Positions 19,915 through 29,891 of a DNA stretch of 64,000 nucleotides are shown piece by piece. Each line of letters starts with the position of its first letter. The stretch's first letter is position 1. Both the position numbers and the translations under genes were made by a program. The notes below the pieces were generated by a model, which was not told the origin of the DNA, made no database searches, and worked only from the letters and a program-made list of their open reading frames with translations. Location: the NCBI GenBank assembly GCA_965277805.1, contig OZ255842.1:4352001-4416000 (forward strand), written 5' to 3'. This stretch comes from Candidatus Lustribacter sp. (GTDB lineage Bacteria; Vulcanimicrobiota; Vulcanimicrobiia; Vulcanimicrobiales; Vulcanimicrobiaceae).

Positions 19915-20505
19915 ATGGTCGACTGGCAGAGCGAGTTCGGCAGACACTTCGGCAAGGCCCAAGCCAAGGCCGGAAAGGTCTTCCGCAAAGCGGGCGGACC
20001 GTTCGGCGAGTTCAACGAGCGCCAGCAGATGCATCAGCGTCGCGGCGGCCGCCGCCCGTTCGGCGAATCCGAGCGCGGCAGCATCAAGTACGACATCCTC
20101 GAGATCCTGTGGGACGGCCCGCGCCACGGCTACGATCTCATGCTCACGATTGAAGAGAAGCGCGGCTTCCGCCCGAGCCCGGGCTCGATCTACCCCGCGC
20201 TGCAAATGCTCGAAGAGGGCGACTTCCTCACCGGGCAAGACATCGACGGCAAGCGCGTCTACACGATCACCGAAAAGGGCAGCGAGATGCTCGCCAAGCA
20301 CCGCGAGACCACGCCCGCGGACGAGGCATCGCCCGACTTCAAAGGCGCGGTATCGCTGATCACGCGCGGCATGCACACGATGATGGGCGTCAAGATGGTG
20401 CTAAAGGAAATCGGCCGAACGCGGAACGTCGAAATGTACACGCAGGCCCTGGCGATTCTCGAGCGAACGCGCCGCGATCTCTACGCGTTGCTGACACACG
20501 AATAG
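19915..20505 (+). CDS. PadR-family transcriptional regulator (YqjI-like)
   Basis: GGAGG RBS; RGSIKYDILEIL, PRHGYDLM, PSPGSIYPALQMLEE, KRVYTITEKG. Confidence 0.92.
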   Translation: MVDWQSEFGRHFGKAQAKAGKVFRKAGGPFGEFNERQQMHQRRGGRRPFGESERGSIKYDILEILWDGPRHGYDLMLTIEEKRGFRPSPGSIYPALQMLEEGDFLTGQDIDGKRVYTITEKGSEMLAKHRETTPADEASPDFKGAVSLITRGMHTMMGVKMVLKEIGRTRNVEMYTQALAILERTRRDLYALLTHE

Positions 20506-22023
20506 ATGAGCGCAACGACGCTGGCGGTCGCGCCTGCTCCGGCACGTCCGGCCGCCTCGCCGTACCTGATTTCACTAACGGTCATGCTCGGCATGATCAT
20601 GGCGATCGTCGACGGCACGGTCGTCAACGTCGGGCTGAATACGATCGCCGGCACGCTGGGCGCATCGCTCGACGATGCGGCGTGGGTCGTCACCGGTTAT
20701 CTGCTCGCGAGCGTCATCACCATGCCGCTCAACGGCTGGCTCACCGCGAAATTCGGCCGTAAGCGCTTCTACGCCGGCTGCGTTGCGATCTTCACGATCG
20801 CTTCGTTTTTGTGCGGTACGGCGACGACCGTCTGGCAACTGACGTTCTACCGCATTCTGCAAGGCTTCGGCGGGGGCGCGCTGCAGCCGACCGCGCAAGC
20901 GATCATCTTCGAAACGTTTCCGCCCGGCAAACGCGGCATGGCGACGGCGATCTTCGGCATCGGCGCGATGGTCGGTCCGGCGCTCGGGCCGCTGATCGGC
21001 GGCTACATCATCGACAACGCCACCTGGCCGCTGTTGTTTTTGGTGAACATCCCGATCGGCATCGCGGCGTTCTTCATGACGGTCGCGTTCATCCCCGATC
21101 CCACGTATCTCGAGAAGCCCAAGGGCGGCATCGATTGGCTCGGACTCGGGTTGCTCTCGGCCGGTGTCGGCGCGATTCAGTACGTGCTCGAGCGCGGCCA
21201 GCACGATGATTGGTACGACTCGCCCACGATCGTCATTCTCACGGTGGTGTCGGTTGCGGCGAGCGCGTGGTTCATTTACAAGTCGCTGAATGATAAGCAT
21301 CCGCTGGTCGATCTGCGCTCGTTCCGGTTCCCGACGTTCGTGTTCGGCAATTTGCTGCTCGTCGTCGTCGGTTTCGGACTCTACGGCACCTCGCTGATCA
21401 TGCCGCTCTTCTTTCAAACGTCGATGGGCATGACCGCATACGACACGGGCTTGGCGTTGCTGCCGGGCGCGATTGCAACGGCGGCGTCGATGATTGTCGT
21501 CGGCCGTTTGATGCAAGTCGTCGACCCGCGCATTCTCACCGCCGTCGGCCTCGTGCTCTCCGCGTGGTCGTGCTGGGCGCTTGGGGATCTCAATCAATAT
21601 GCCGGTGTCGGCGACATCTTTTGGCCGCGCATCATCCAAGGCTTCGGCATGGGCCTGATGTTCGTGCCGGTAACGACCGTGATGCTCTCGCCGCTGCCGA
21701 AGAACGAACTCGCAAGCGCGACGGGCATCTCGATGCTGGTGCGCCAGCTCGGCGCGAGCGTCGGCATTGCGGTGCTGACGACGCTGCTCGCGAGCGAAAC
21801 GACCGTCGCCTGGATGGCCCTCGCCGGCGGCGTGACGCAGAACCACGGCGCCTCGGTCGGCCAGATCAACGGCCTGCTCGTGCAGTCGGCCACCGTGATC
21901 GCCTACGATTACCTCTTCCGAATCTGCGCCTTCGTCTTCTTGTTCGCCCTGGTCTTCGTCTTCTTCATGAAACCGAACAAAGCAGCCGCCGGAGCCGCCC
22001 CTGCTATGGCACCGGCCGAGTAG
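20506..22023 (+). CDS. DHA2 EmrB/QacA-family efflux MFS transporter
   Basis: DGTVVNV, WVVTGYLLA, RILQGFGGG, GPALGPLIGG, VNIPIG, RQLGASVG. Confidence 0.93.
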   Translation: MSATTLAVAPAPARPAASPYLISLTVMLGMIMAIVDGTVVNVGLNTIAGTLGASLDDAAWVVTGYLLASVITMPLNGWLTAKFGRKRFYAGCVAIFTIASFLCGTATTVWQLTFYRILQGFGGGALQPTAQAIIFETFPPGKRGMATAIFGIGAMVGPALGPLIGGYIIDNATWPLLFLVNIPIGIAAFFMTVAFIPDPTYLEKPKGGIDWLGLGLLSAGVGAIQYVLERGQHDDWYDSPTIVILTVVSVAASAWFIYKSLNDKHPLVDLRSFRFPTFVFGNLLLVVVGFGLYGTSLIMPLFFQTSMGMTAYDTGLALLPGAIATAASMIVVGRLMQVVDPRILTAVGLVLSAWSCWALGDLNQYAGVGDIFWPRIIQGFGMGLMFVPVTTVMLSPLPKNELASATGISMLVRQLGASVGIAVLTTLLASETTVAWMALAGGVTQNHGASVGQINGLLVQSATVIAYDYLFRICAFVFLFALVFVFFMKPNKAAAGAAPAMAPAE

Positions 22024-22092
22024 ACGTTCCCCGTTGTCATCCCGAGCTTGTCCAGGGACCGCCGCAATCACCGTCGCTGAGCTCGGAAATAA

Positions 22093-22138
22093 AATAGTAT
22101 CATAAATGTAGCCTCAAGGGTACGATTGTGATACTATT
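22093..22138. promoter_or_regulatory. Imperfect inverted repeat, probable operator of the wHTH-NTase operon
   Basis: AATAGTATCATAAATGTA (22093-22110) versus TACGATTGTGATACTATT (22121-22138): 15/18 complementary with a 10-bp spacer. The right arm contains TACTAT, 9 nt before ATG 22147. Confidence 0.65.
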
Positions 22139-22146
22139 GACGAGCG

Positions 22147-22467
22147 ATGGATCTCTTCGGCTCCCGCGCCCGCAGCCGTATTTTGCTCTATCTAGCCCTG
22201 GCTGAGGAAAGCTATGTGGCGGAGATGGTCACTGTCCTTGGATATCCGAAATTGACCATCCAGCGGATCACCCGGGACCTCGAGGAGTTAGGGGTTGTGG
22301 CTTCGCGCGTACGCGGTCGCGTTCGATTCGTCTCGCTCGATAAGACGTGGTTCGCAGCCGCTGAACTACGCGCCCTTTTGCAGCGCTTGTCCACAGCGGA
22401 TCCCGACATTTTAGATGCCGCTGCGTCCGTACGCCGCCGTCCGCGCCGGCCCGGTAAACCATTATGA
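22147..22467 (+). CDS. Winged-helix DNA-binding protein (putative antitoxin/regulator)
   Basis: LFGSRARSRIL...IQRITRDLEELGVVASRVRGRVR (wHTH pattern); overlaps the next gene by ATGA. Confidence 0.75.
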   Translation: MDLFGSRARSRILLYLALAEESYVAEMVTVLGYPKLTIQRITRDLEELGVVASRVRGRVRFVSLDKTWFAAAELRALLQRLSTADPDILDAAASVRRRPRRPGKPL

Positions 22468-23027
22468 ACCTCACGAACGCCTCGACGCTCATCGACGTTG
22501 CTTTTGCCGTTTGCACGGCGCTGGCTCGAGCGAGTGCCGTGGGCGTACTCACCGGTGGAAGCGCCGCGACATATTACGTTCCCGAGCGTTATCAGTCGCT
22601 GGACGTCGACTTTGTCTTGCGTGTCGTGCCGCAGAAGGGCGCCATCGACGAAGCCATGGGTAGCCTCGGATACCATCGCGCTCCAACGGGAATGTACGAG
22701 CACTCTGATATCCCGATAACCGTGGAGTTTCCGCATGGTCCGCTGAGTATTGGGCGGGACCTCATTCAGACATGGGCAACCGAACGCCGGGGTGATGAAC
22801 TATTGTATATCCTGAGCATAACGGATTGCGTACGCGATCGCTTTATGCACTTCTGGGCTTGGAACGATCGTTCAGCACTTGAGCTCGCACTCGAGATAGC
22901 TCAGCGATACAGCGAGCGATTCGACGCAGACGCTTTTCGCGCGTGGACAGCAGCGGAGCAAGTCGCAGATGCCTCGTACGCGCAAGAAAAAGTCGACGAG
23001 TTCTTTCGTCGCTTAACGGCCATATGA
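22464..23027 (+). CDS. Pol-beta-superfamily nucleotidyltransferase-like protein (putative toxin)
   Basis: VLTGGSAA...SLDVDFV (GG/GS plus DxD), later VEFP, and a helical C-terminus. Confidence 0.7.
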   Translation: MNLTNASTLIDVAFAVCTALARASAVGVLTGGSAATYYVPERYQSLDVDFVLRVVPQKGAIDEAMGSLGYHRAPTGMYEHSDIPITVEFPHGPLSIGRDLIQTWATERRGDELLYILSITDCVRDRFMHFWAWNDRSALELALEIAQRYSERFDADAFRAWTAAEQVADASYAQEKVDEFFRRLTAI

Positions 23028-23527
23028 TTCCGGATCCGGTGGCGGTTGACGCCAACGAGTTCGATGCGGAGATCGTGCGCGCAGATTATCGAGCGCATCA
23101 TCGGGTGCCGCGGCCGGGACTCGCCGTCGCCGGAGCCGGCTTTCTCGTACTTGCACTGCTCAATTGGATGCGACACTGGCCGTTCTCACATTACTGGTGG
23201 CTGCTGCTTTTTGGTGTCGCGTACATCGCAATGTCGATGCGCGCCGGGAAAGGCTTTCCGTCGGTGGTGCTTCCATCCGGCCTGCATTTTTCGGGCACGG
23301 GTATCGATCTCGATGTGCCGTTTGTAAAAGACCCGCGTCGCCATTATTCGTGGCACGGAATACGGATCGACGATATCGGCGAAGTGTTCGTGCTCGTTCC
23401 GTCGTTCGGGAAACGCGTGGTGATCCCCAAACGCTCGTTCCCCGACGGCGGACGTGAAGCATGGGCATTCTTCACCGCCAATCACGTTGCCGGAAGGACG
23501 CCACTCGCAACTCCCGTACGGGCGTAA
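23024..23527 (+). CDS. YcxB-like membrane protein
   Basis: Two TM segments followed by YSWHGI...VIPKRSF; ATGA overlap with the upstream gene. Confidence 0.6.
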   Translation: MIPDPVAVDANEFDAEIVRADYRAHHRVPRPGLAVAGAGFLVLALLNWMRHWPFSHYWWLLLFGVAYIAMSMRAGKGFPSVVLPSGLHFSGTGIDLDVPFVKDPRRHYSWHGIRIDDIGEVFVLVPSFGKRVVIPKRSFPDGGREAWAFFTANHVAGRTPLATPVRA

Positions 23528-23529
23528 CG

Positions 23530-24489
23530 ATGCAGTATCGGAAGATTGGCCGCTGGGGGATGGCGGTTTCGAGCGTTGGACTTGGGTCGTGGCTCACCTA
23601 TGGCGGCAGCGTGGAAGAAGCGACGGCGCGGGCGTGTATGCGGCGGGCGTACGAGCTGGGAGTTACGTTCTTCGATACGGCCAACGTGTATGCGGGCGGT
23701 CGGGCGGAAGAAGTCGTCGGGCGCGCGATCAAAGATTTCGCGCGCGATTCGATCGTGCTCGCAACGAAAGTCTATTTTCCGATGGGCCGCGGCCCCAACG
23801 ATGCGGGCCTCTCGCGCAAGCATATCCGTATGCAGATCGACGCGAGCTTGCGGCGCTTAGATGTCGAATACGTTGACCTCTACCAGTGCCATCGCTACGA
23901 TGAGGACACGCCGCTGGACGAAACGTGCAGTGTGATGAACGATCTCGTGCGCGCCGGCAAGATTCTGTACTGGGGTGTCTCGGAATGGAGCGCCGACCAG
24001 ATTACCGCTGCCTGCACGTTGGCGCGGGAAAACGGCTGGGCGCCGCCGATCAGCAATCAGCCGCAGTACAGCGCGCTCTGGCGCCACGTGCAGCGCGACG
24101 TCTTTCCGGCCTGCCGCGAATTCGGGCTCGGCAACGTCGTGTGGTCGCCGCTCGCGCAAGGCATTCTCACCGGCAAGTATACCTCGGCGCGCACCGTGCC
24201 GCAGGGTACGCGCGCATCCTCGAACGCGGCCGGCATGATGACCGACTACTTCACGCAGCCCGTGCTCGATGCGGTGGCGCGCATCAAACCGCTGGCCGAA
24301 CGCGCCGGCTGCACGATGGCGCAACTTGCACTGGCGTGGTGCTTGCGTGACACGATCGTATCGGCGGTGATCGTCGGTGCAACGCGGCCCGAACAGGTCG
24401 ACGACAACGTTGCCGCCGCCGACCTGCAGATCGATCCGGTCATCTTCCAGCAGATGGACCAGATTCTCACGCCGGTCGCGCCGGGCTAA
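23530..24489 (+). CDS. Aldo/keto reductase (Kv-beta-like)
   Basis: MQYRKIG, GLGSWLTYG, FFDTANVY, LATKV, DLYQCHR, WSPLAQGILTGKY. Confidence 0.93.
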   Translation: MQYRKIGRWGMAVSSVGLGSWLTYGGSVEEATARACMRRAYELGVTFFDTANVYAGGRAEEVVGRAIKDFARDSIVLATKVYFPMGRGPNDAGLSRKHIRMQIDASLRRLDVEYVDLYQCHRYDEDTPLDETCSVMNDLVRAGKILYWGVSEWSADQITAACTLARENGWAPPISNQPQYSALWRHVQRDVFPACREFGLGNVVWSPLAQGILTGKYTSARTVPQGTRASSNAAGMMTDYFTQPVLDAVARIKPLAERAGCTMAQLALAWCLRDTIVSAVIVGATRPEQVDDNVAAADLQIDPVIFQQMDQILTPVAPG

Positions 24490-24492
24490 GTT

Positions 24493-25680
24493 TTACGGCG
24501 CCGGCAGCTCTTTTACCAGCCAATCGTCGATTGCCGCGGCGATCTGCTGATTATTTTTTTCAAGCATCATCATATGAGCATTGCCGAAGATTCCGAGATC
24601 CGTAAGATGCTTGAATTCAACCGGGACGCCCGCGTCTTGCAAAAATTTAGCGGTGCAGTGATCGTAGGGAGCATGATACGATGCTTGAGAAAGTATCATC
24701 AAGACCGGCACGTGTTCTAGATTGACCAGCTTGTGCGCCGGGGGCTTTTGTTCGACGCATGGTACGAGGTCTGGGCCGTCCGCGCTTGGCTCCGTCTCGG
24801 TTTCCAACTGTGCCGGATCGGTCACCGGGGGATCGTAGCCGACGGCAATATCAGTTATTCCCCAAACGCGGGCTTTGCTTGCGCCAACGGTGCCCGCGCC
24901 CAGATTCTCGAACGGTGGTCCGCTCGGCTCGACGGCAACGATTGCTTTGGTGAGTTTCGGCCGGCCGTCGGCGATCACCCATCCCAGCGTTCCGCCTTGC
25001 GAGTGCGTCAGCACGATTGATGGGCCGATGCGATCGAGCAGCGCATCGATTGCGCTTTTCGCGAGCGTTTCTTGCAGAACTTGGTCTTTGATCGATGGAT
25101 ACTGGCCGGCGATAAATTGATCGAACACCGGATTGCCTTCGCTCTCGGATTCCGGTCCTTGATCGGGCCATTGCGTGTGAAATTTCGCTTGCGGATATTG
25201 GTTGTGGCGTTCCGGGTCGACAAACGAGGCCGCTGCGCTTGCCGGCGGCACGTCGAGGACGTCACCATCCAGTCGTGCACGATAGGGCGACCGCGCACGT
25301 CCCGGCACATCGACGATATACACGACGTATCCCCGGCTCAAAAAATAGTCCGCCCAGCCGGGCCGGCCGTCGGGAGTTTGCTCGAAGTTGGTCCCGGCTT
25401 GGCCGCCGCCGGGAATCATGACGATTGGATACGGTCGTGCGGGGCGTTTCGGAACGAGCACTTCAATATACGCCTGGCCGTTCATCGCCCGCGTGTTCCC
25501 ACTTCCGGCGTATTGCCCGCCAACGTACAAGTAACCGCGCCTCGCGAGGGCAGACTGATCGGTCGTTTTGGGAATCGATCGCATCTCGGGCAGCGTGCTG
25601 CTCTGCGACAGAACGACGCTCGGCGAAACGGTAAAAAGCAAAAGTAAGGACAGGAGTGAGCAAAAGCGTTGGAGGCTCAA
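24493..25680 (-). CDS. Secreted alpha/beta hydrolase
   Basis: Signal peptide; TPDGRPGWA; THSQGG nucleophile elbow; GNAHMMMLEKN. Confidence 0.85.
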   Translation of the reverse strand: MSLQRFCSLLSLLLLFTVSPSVVLSQSSTLPEMRSIPKTTDQSALARRGYLYVGGQYAGSGNTRAMNGQAYIEVLVPKRPARPYPIVMIPGGGQAGTNFEQTPDGRPGWADYFLSRGYVVYIVDVPGRARSPYRARLDGDVLDVPPASAAASFVDPERHNQYPQAKFHTQWPDQGPESESEGNPVFDQFIAGQYPSIKDQVLQETLAKSAIDALLDRIGPSIVLTHSQGGTLGWVIADGRPKLTKAIVAVEPSGPPFENLGAGTVGASKARVWGITDIAVGYDPPVTDPAQLETETEPSADGPDLVPCVEQKPPAHKLVNLEHVPVLMILSQASYHAPYDHCTAKFLQDAGVPVEFKHLTDLGIFGNAHMMMLEKNNQQIAAAIDDWLVKELPAP

Positions 25681-26609
25681 GCGATGTATATCTCCCCTAG
25701 TAGCTGCTGCGCATTTGCAGCTTCGATGGCGATCAGGTCGTCTGCGCTAAATCCGCACGCGTGCAGACCGCTCACGTGTTCTTCAGTGCCTCGGTACGGA
25801 TAGTCGGTACCAAAAAGGATTTGCGATACGGGCACGATCTCGCGCAGTGCCGACATCGCTGCACGGTTCGACGTTTGCGCCGTGTCGTAGTAGAACCGCT
25901 GCAGCTGTGCCATGAGTCCGTCCGGCAAGCGGGCCGCCATTCGCGGTTCCCGCGCAAGAATGACGAAGCGTTCGATGACGGAGGTCAGCGTGCCGCCGGC
26001 ATGCGAGAAGATGAACTGAATATCGGGAAAGCGTGCGGCCACGCCGCTAAAGACCAAGCTCGCAATCGTTCGCGTGGTATCCGTACCGTATTCGATGACC
26101 GTCGGACCGACATCCGGGACGAGGTTCGCGCAGCACTCGTTGAGCGTCGGATGGGTGTAGACGATTGCCTTCCGGCGGTTCAGTTCCTCAAACACCGGCG
26201 CAAACGACGCGTCGCCGAGGTAGGCGTTTCCGTAACTTGTGAACATCCCGACGCCGTCGGCCTGCAGAACGTCCAAGGCGTAGGCGATCTCACTGAGGGT
26301 ACCGTCGATATCGGGCAGCGGCAGCGCGGCGAACAAGCCGAAGCGGCCGGGATACCGATCGATGAGCCCAGCGGCGTAGTCATTGCACACGCGCGCACTG
26401 ATGCGAGCAGCATCTGCGTTTCCGAACCAAATGCCCGGTGTCGTGATCGAAAGCAGCGCCCTTGCTACGCCGCCCCGGTCCATATCCTCGAGGCTTCGCT
26501 CGGGAGTCCACGTCTTCACGACGTCCGGCAGACGCTCGGGGTGTTCGAGCCCAGCGAGATATGCCGGCGGAAAATAGTGGTGGTGGATGTCGATCCGCTC
26601 GGCTATCAT
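25677..26609 (-). CDS. Amidohydrolase_2 family protein (possible non-oxidative decarboxylase)
   Basis: IDIHHH, YTHP, SHAGG, YYDTA, LFGTDYPY. Confidence 0.9.
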   Translation of the reverse strand: MIAERIDIHHHYFPPAYLAGLEHPERLPDVVKTWTPERSLEDMDRGGVARALLSITTPGIWFGNADAARISARVCNDYAAGLIDRYPGRFGLFAALPLPDIDGTLSEIAYALDVLQADGVGMFTSYGNAYLGDASFAPVFEELNRRKAIVYTHPTLNECCANLVPDVGPTVIEYGTDTTRTIASLVFSGVAARFPDIQFIFSHAGGTLTSVIERFVILAREPRMAARLPDGLMAQLQRFYYDTAQTSNRAAMSALREIVPVSQILFGTDYPYRGTEEHVSGLHACGFSADDLIAIEAANAQQLLGEIYIA

Positions 26610-27550
26610 TGAATCACGCGGATCGGTTGATCACTCATCCACGCCGCGATATCTTCGACCATTTGTTCGTAAAAGTCGCGGAAGCTTTCGGTGGAAACGT
26701 AACCGAGGTGGGGTGCAAGCACCGTGTTGTCGAGGGTCAACAGCGGATGATCGGCCGGAATCGGTTCAACGTCGAAGACGTCGAGCGCCGCGCCGGCAAT
26801 CGCGTGATTTCGCAATGCTGCGATGAGCGCTTCCTGATTGATCAACGGTCCCCGGGCCGCGTTCACCAGATACGCCGTCGGTTTCATCAGCGCCAACTCG
26901 CGCGCGCCGATCAGACCGCGGGATTGCGGATTCAAGACCGCGTGCAACGAGACGACATCCGCGGCGCGCAGAAGATCCTCCAACGACGACGCGCACTCGG
27001 CGCCGTGCTCGGCAGCGCGGGCCGGAGTAAGATGCGGACTCCAGGCCACAACATTCATTTCGAGCGCGGTGCCGACGCGCGCGACGGCGCCTCCAACGCG
27101 CCCGAGTCCGACGAGCCCGAGCGTTTTACCGCTGAGCTGCATGCCGATCGTCGTCTGCCAACGCCCTGATCGCAACGCCCGGTCTTCGGTTGGAATATGC
27201 CGGACGAGTGCCAAGATCAGCGCCCAGACGAGTTCGGGCGTCGCGCCGCCGCGCGCGCTGGTGCCGCAGACGCAGATCCCGCGTTGCGCTGCGAACGCCA
27301 TATCGACGCCGAGATTGCGCATGCCACTGGTAACGAGCAGCTTAAGCCCAGGGAGAGCGCCCAGGACGGATGCAGGAAACGCCGTCCGTTCGCGCATGAT
27401 GCACACGACGTCGAACGGCGCCAGGCGCTCGATCAGTCGTGCTTCGTCCGCAAGATGATCGTGAAAGAACGTGACCTCGGCGTGCAATGAATCCCAGTCG
27501 GCGAGATCGCGAGCCGCGTCTTGGAAGTCATCGATAACGGCGACCTTCAA
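26606..27550 (-). CDS. D-2-hydroxyacid dehydrogenase family protein
   Basis: TTG start after GGAGG; MRERT, GLVGLGRVG, VNAARG, LDVFDVEP, PHLGYV. Confidence 0.9.
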   Translation of the reverse strand: MKVAVIDDFQDAARDLADWDSLHAEVTFFHDHLADEARLIERLAPFDVVCIMRERTAFPASVLGALPGLKLLVTSGMRNLGVDMAFAAQRGICVCGTSARGGATPELVWALILALVRHIPTEDRALRSGRWQTTIGMQLSGKTLGLVGLGRVGGAVARVGTALEMNVVAWSPHLTPARAAEHGAECASSLEDLLRAADVVSLHAVLNPQSRGLIGARELALMKPTAYLVNAARGPLINQEALIAALRNHAIAGAALDVFDVEPIPADHPLLTLDNTVLAPHLGYVSTESFRDFYEQMVEDIAAWMSDQPIRVIQ

Positions 27551-28506
27551 TGTGGCCTCCCGAAGTAGCGCCGGGCCATCGCTTCGCGAAGCGTCATGAT
27601 GGATGCGGGACGATCGTCGCCCTCGATCTCGCGATAACAAGCAAAAACGTTGACCACGATGCGTTCGGGATCGACCCAATCGCGAAAGGCGTCCAGTGCG
27701 ATATCGTCGGCAGCTTCTTCGTAGCTCATGCCGGCAGCGTGGCGTTTGATCGATTCCGCGAGCAAGAATTCAAAGTACTGCTTCAAGCGGCGGATGCCCG
27801 ACTTGTCGGTGATCGGGCCGTGCCCGGGAACGACCGTCTCCACGTCGAGAGCGAGCATCAGATCGCATGCGCGAATCCAATTGCTGACCGGCCCTGCCCA
27901 GACGATCGGGTGACCGTCCATAAACAAAATATCGCCGGTGAAAAGTGTCCGGTCTTGCGGAACGAATGCGATGATATCGCCGTCCGTGTGTGCGGGCCCG
28001 ACTTCGATGAGGCGTACTTCCTTGCTGCCGACGCGAAGTTCGAGCGCACCGCTGAACGTGCGAGTCGGCATGGTCAGTACGACGCCTTCCGCGCTGAAGA
28101 CGCTGCCCATCACTTCTTGGAAGAATTCTCCCGCGATGCCCATGCGTTGCCAGTCGCGGCGAATCGATCCCGGAGCGAGCGGCGCGCCTTGTTCGCGCAT
28201 CTCACGCGCGCATGCCTCGGAGGCGACGATCTGGGCGCCTTCGACGAGTTGGTTACCGAAAGTATGATCGCCGTTTGAGTGCGTGTTCACCAGCGTTCCG
28301 ATCTTGCCGGCGGACGGTACCGCAGACCGCATCGTCGCGAGCATCTCGCCGGTGAGTTTCAGATCGAAGAGTGTATCGACCAGGAGCGACTCGCTGCCGT
28401 CGACGATGAGTCCGGCATTGCTGTAACCCCAGCTGCCGTTCGGCTGAAGATAGGCATAGCTCCCTTTACCGATAGCGTGCAAGCCTTTCGTATACGGCCA
28501 TTTCAT
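27547..28506 (-). CDS. Metallo-beta-lactamase-fold hydrolase (cyclase-like)
   Basis: NTHSNGDHTFGN, AHTDGD, TGDILF, VPGHG. Confidence 0.88.
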   Translation of the reverse strand: MKWPYTKGLHAIGKGSYAYLQPNGSWGYSNAGLIVDGSESLLVDTLFDLKLTGEMLATMRSAVPSAGKIGTLVNTHSNGDHTFGNQLVEGAQIVASEACAREMREQGAPLAPGSIRRDWQRMGIAGEFFQEVMGSVFSAEGVVLTMPTRTFSGALELRVGSKEVRLIEVGPAHTDGDIIAFVPQDRTLFTGDILFMDGHPIVWAGPVSNWIRACDLMLALDVETVVPGHGPITDKSGIRRLKQYFEFLLAESIKRHAAGMSYEEAADDIALDAFRDWVDPERIVVNVFACYREIEGDDRPASIMTLREAMARRYFGRPH

Positions 28507-29891
28507 CGTCCCGGCACCGTTAGCAGAGACCGGAGGGGATCAAGATTTTTTAGGCGATCGATCGTCCAGACGGCTTCGATCAAACGGCGGGATTTGCGAT
28601 CTCCCAGCACCGGCGCCATTAGATCGAAGGCCTTCGTTTCGATTTCATCGATCCCCATCGGGTTGGCAACCGTTCCGCGAACGGCGGTGGTGCGTCGTGT
28701 CAGGACGCGACCATCGGCGAGGTGAACGTGCACGATGGCTTGCCGCGCGGGCCGCGCATGCTGAAGCTCAGAGCTCGGAATCAAGCGAACCTTTGCCCAA
28801 AGCGCGCGGACTCGGGCAGTCGTCATGCGGTTACGGTCATGCGCCGCGGCAAAGGAGACCGTGCCGTCGAGCAACATCACCGCGACGAGATATTGGACGC
28901 ACACGCCGGGCAGATCGCGGTTGTCGACGACGGGAAGGGAGCCGTCCGGCAACTCGACGTCGACGCGATCGATGTCCGAGGCGGAGAACGTCTCGTGCTT
29001 GATGAGAAACTCGAGCGCGTCGAGCACGGATTGATTCGGCGAGCCCACCGACCACCGTTTGATGTTCGTGTTGAGGATTTCGAACCGCGTTCCGAGTTCG
29101 CGCGCGATCGCCTCGCGGTCGGCGTCGGGACAGAACGCGTCGAAGAAATTGCGCGGCCCAAAAAAGGGATCGTCGGCGGCCGTCATGCCGGATGCGACCA
29201 TGGTTGCGGCGGCGACCCCGTTGCGCGCCGGCATTCCGCCGAAGTCAAAGGCCTTTTCAATGTGCCCTTTGTCGCCGAACCAGCACATCGTACCGGATGC
29301 TTGTTGCACGGCATAGGTGAAGAGATACCGCATCTGTTGCGCGTTGATGCCGGCGAGCGAGCCGGCTGCGACCGCCGCTCCGAAAATGCCGCCGATGGCA
29401 TGGGTGCTTCGCGCTCGCGCCACCATTCGTTCGTAGCCGAGCGCGAGAACGATGCGAGCGCAGATGTCATATCCTAAGACGATCGACCGCAAGAACGCTG
29501 CCCCGTTGCGTTCGTGCCGTTCGGCCATGGCCAACGCCGCTGGGATCACCGCGCAGCCGGGGTGCGTCAAGCTGGCCGGGTGGCTATCGTCCGTCTCGTC
29601 GGCGTGAGCAAACATCGCGTTGGCTAATGCAGCGTTGACGGCGGAACTCCGCGCCTTCGTTCCCACGATGGCGGATTCACGCACGCCGCCCTGATCGGCG
29701 ATGTAGGCGATCGCCGCACGGCCGGCGGGCAGACGGCTTCCCGATACGATGGCGGCCAGCGTGTCGAGAAGATGAACCTTCGTCTTTAGGACGACATCTG
29801 CGGGCAGTTTGCGGCGTACGGCCCCGGCGGCATACGTTGCCAAGACGCCGGTCGCGTCAGGCGCCGCCAAAATATAAGCCTCCGTTGACAT
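28503..29891 (-). CDS. MmgE/PrpD family protein
   Basis: HADETDDSH, HPGCAVIPAALA, GYDICAR, IKRWSVG, RGTVANPM. Confidence 0.9.
   Translation of the reverse strand: MSTEAYILAAPDATGVLATYAAGAVRRKLPADVVLKTKVHLLDTLAAIVSGSRLPAGRAAIAYIADQGGVRESAIVGTKARSSAVNAALANAMFAHADETDDSHPASLTHPGCAVIPAALAMAERHERNGAAFLRSIVLGYDICARIVLALGYERMVARARSTHAIGGIFGAAVAAGSLAGINAQQMRYLFTYAVQQASGTMCWFGDKGHIEKAFDFGGMPARNGVAAATMVASGMTAADDPFFGPRNFFDAFCPDADREAIARELGTRFEILNTNIKRWSVGSPNQSVLDALEFLIKHETFSASDIDRVDVELPDGSLPVVDNRDLPGVCVQYLVAVMLLDGTVSFAAAHDRNRMTTARVRALWAKVRLIPSSELQHARPARQAIVHVHLADGRVLTRRTTAVRGTVANPMGIDEIETKAFDLMAPVLGDRKSRRLIEAVWTIDRLKNLDPLRSLLTVPGR

Noticed and set aside
22035-22090. REP-like element TGTCATCCCGAGCTTGTCCAGGGAC after the efflux gene
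   Set aside because: Single degenerate copy in the window with weak pairing; it needs a genome-wide repeat search.
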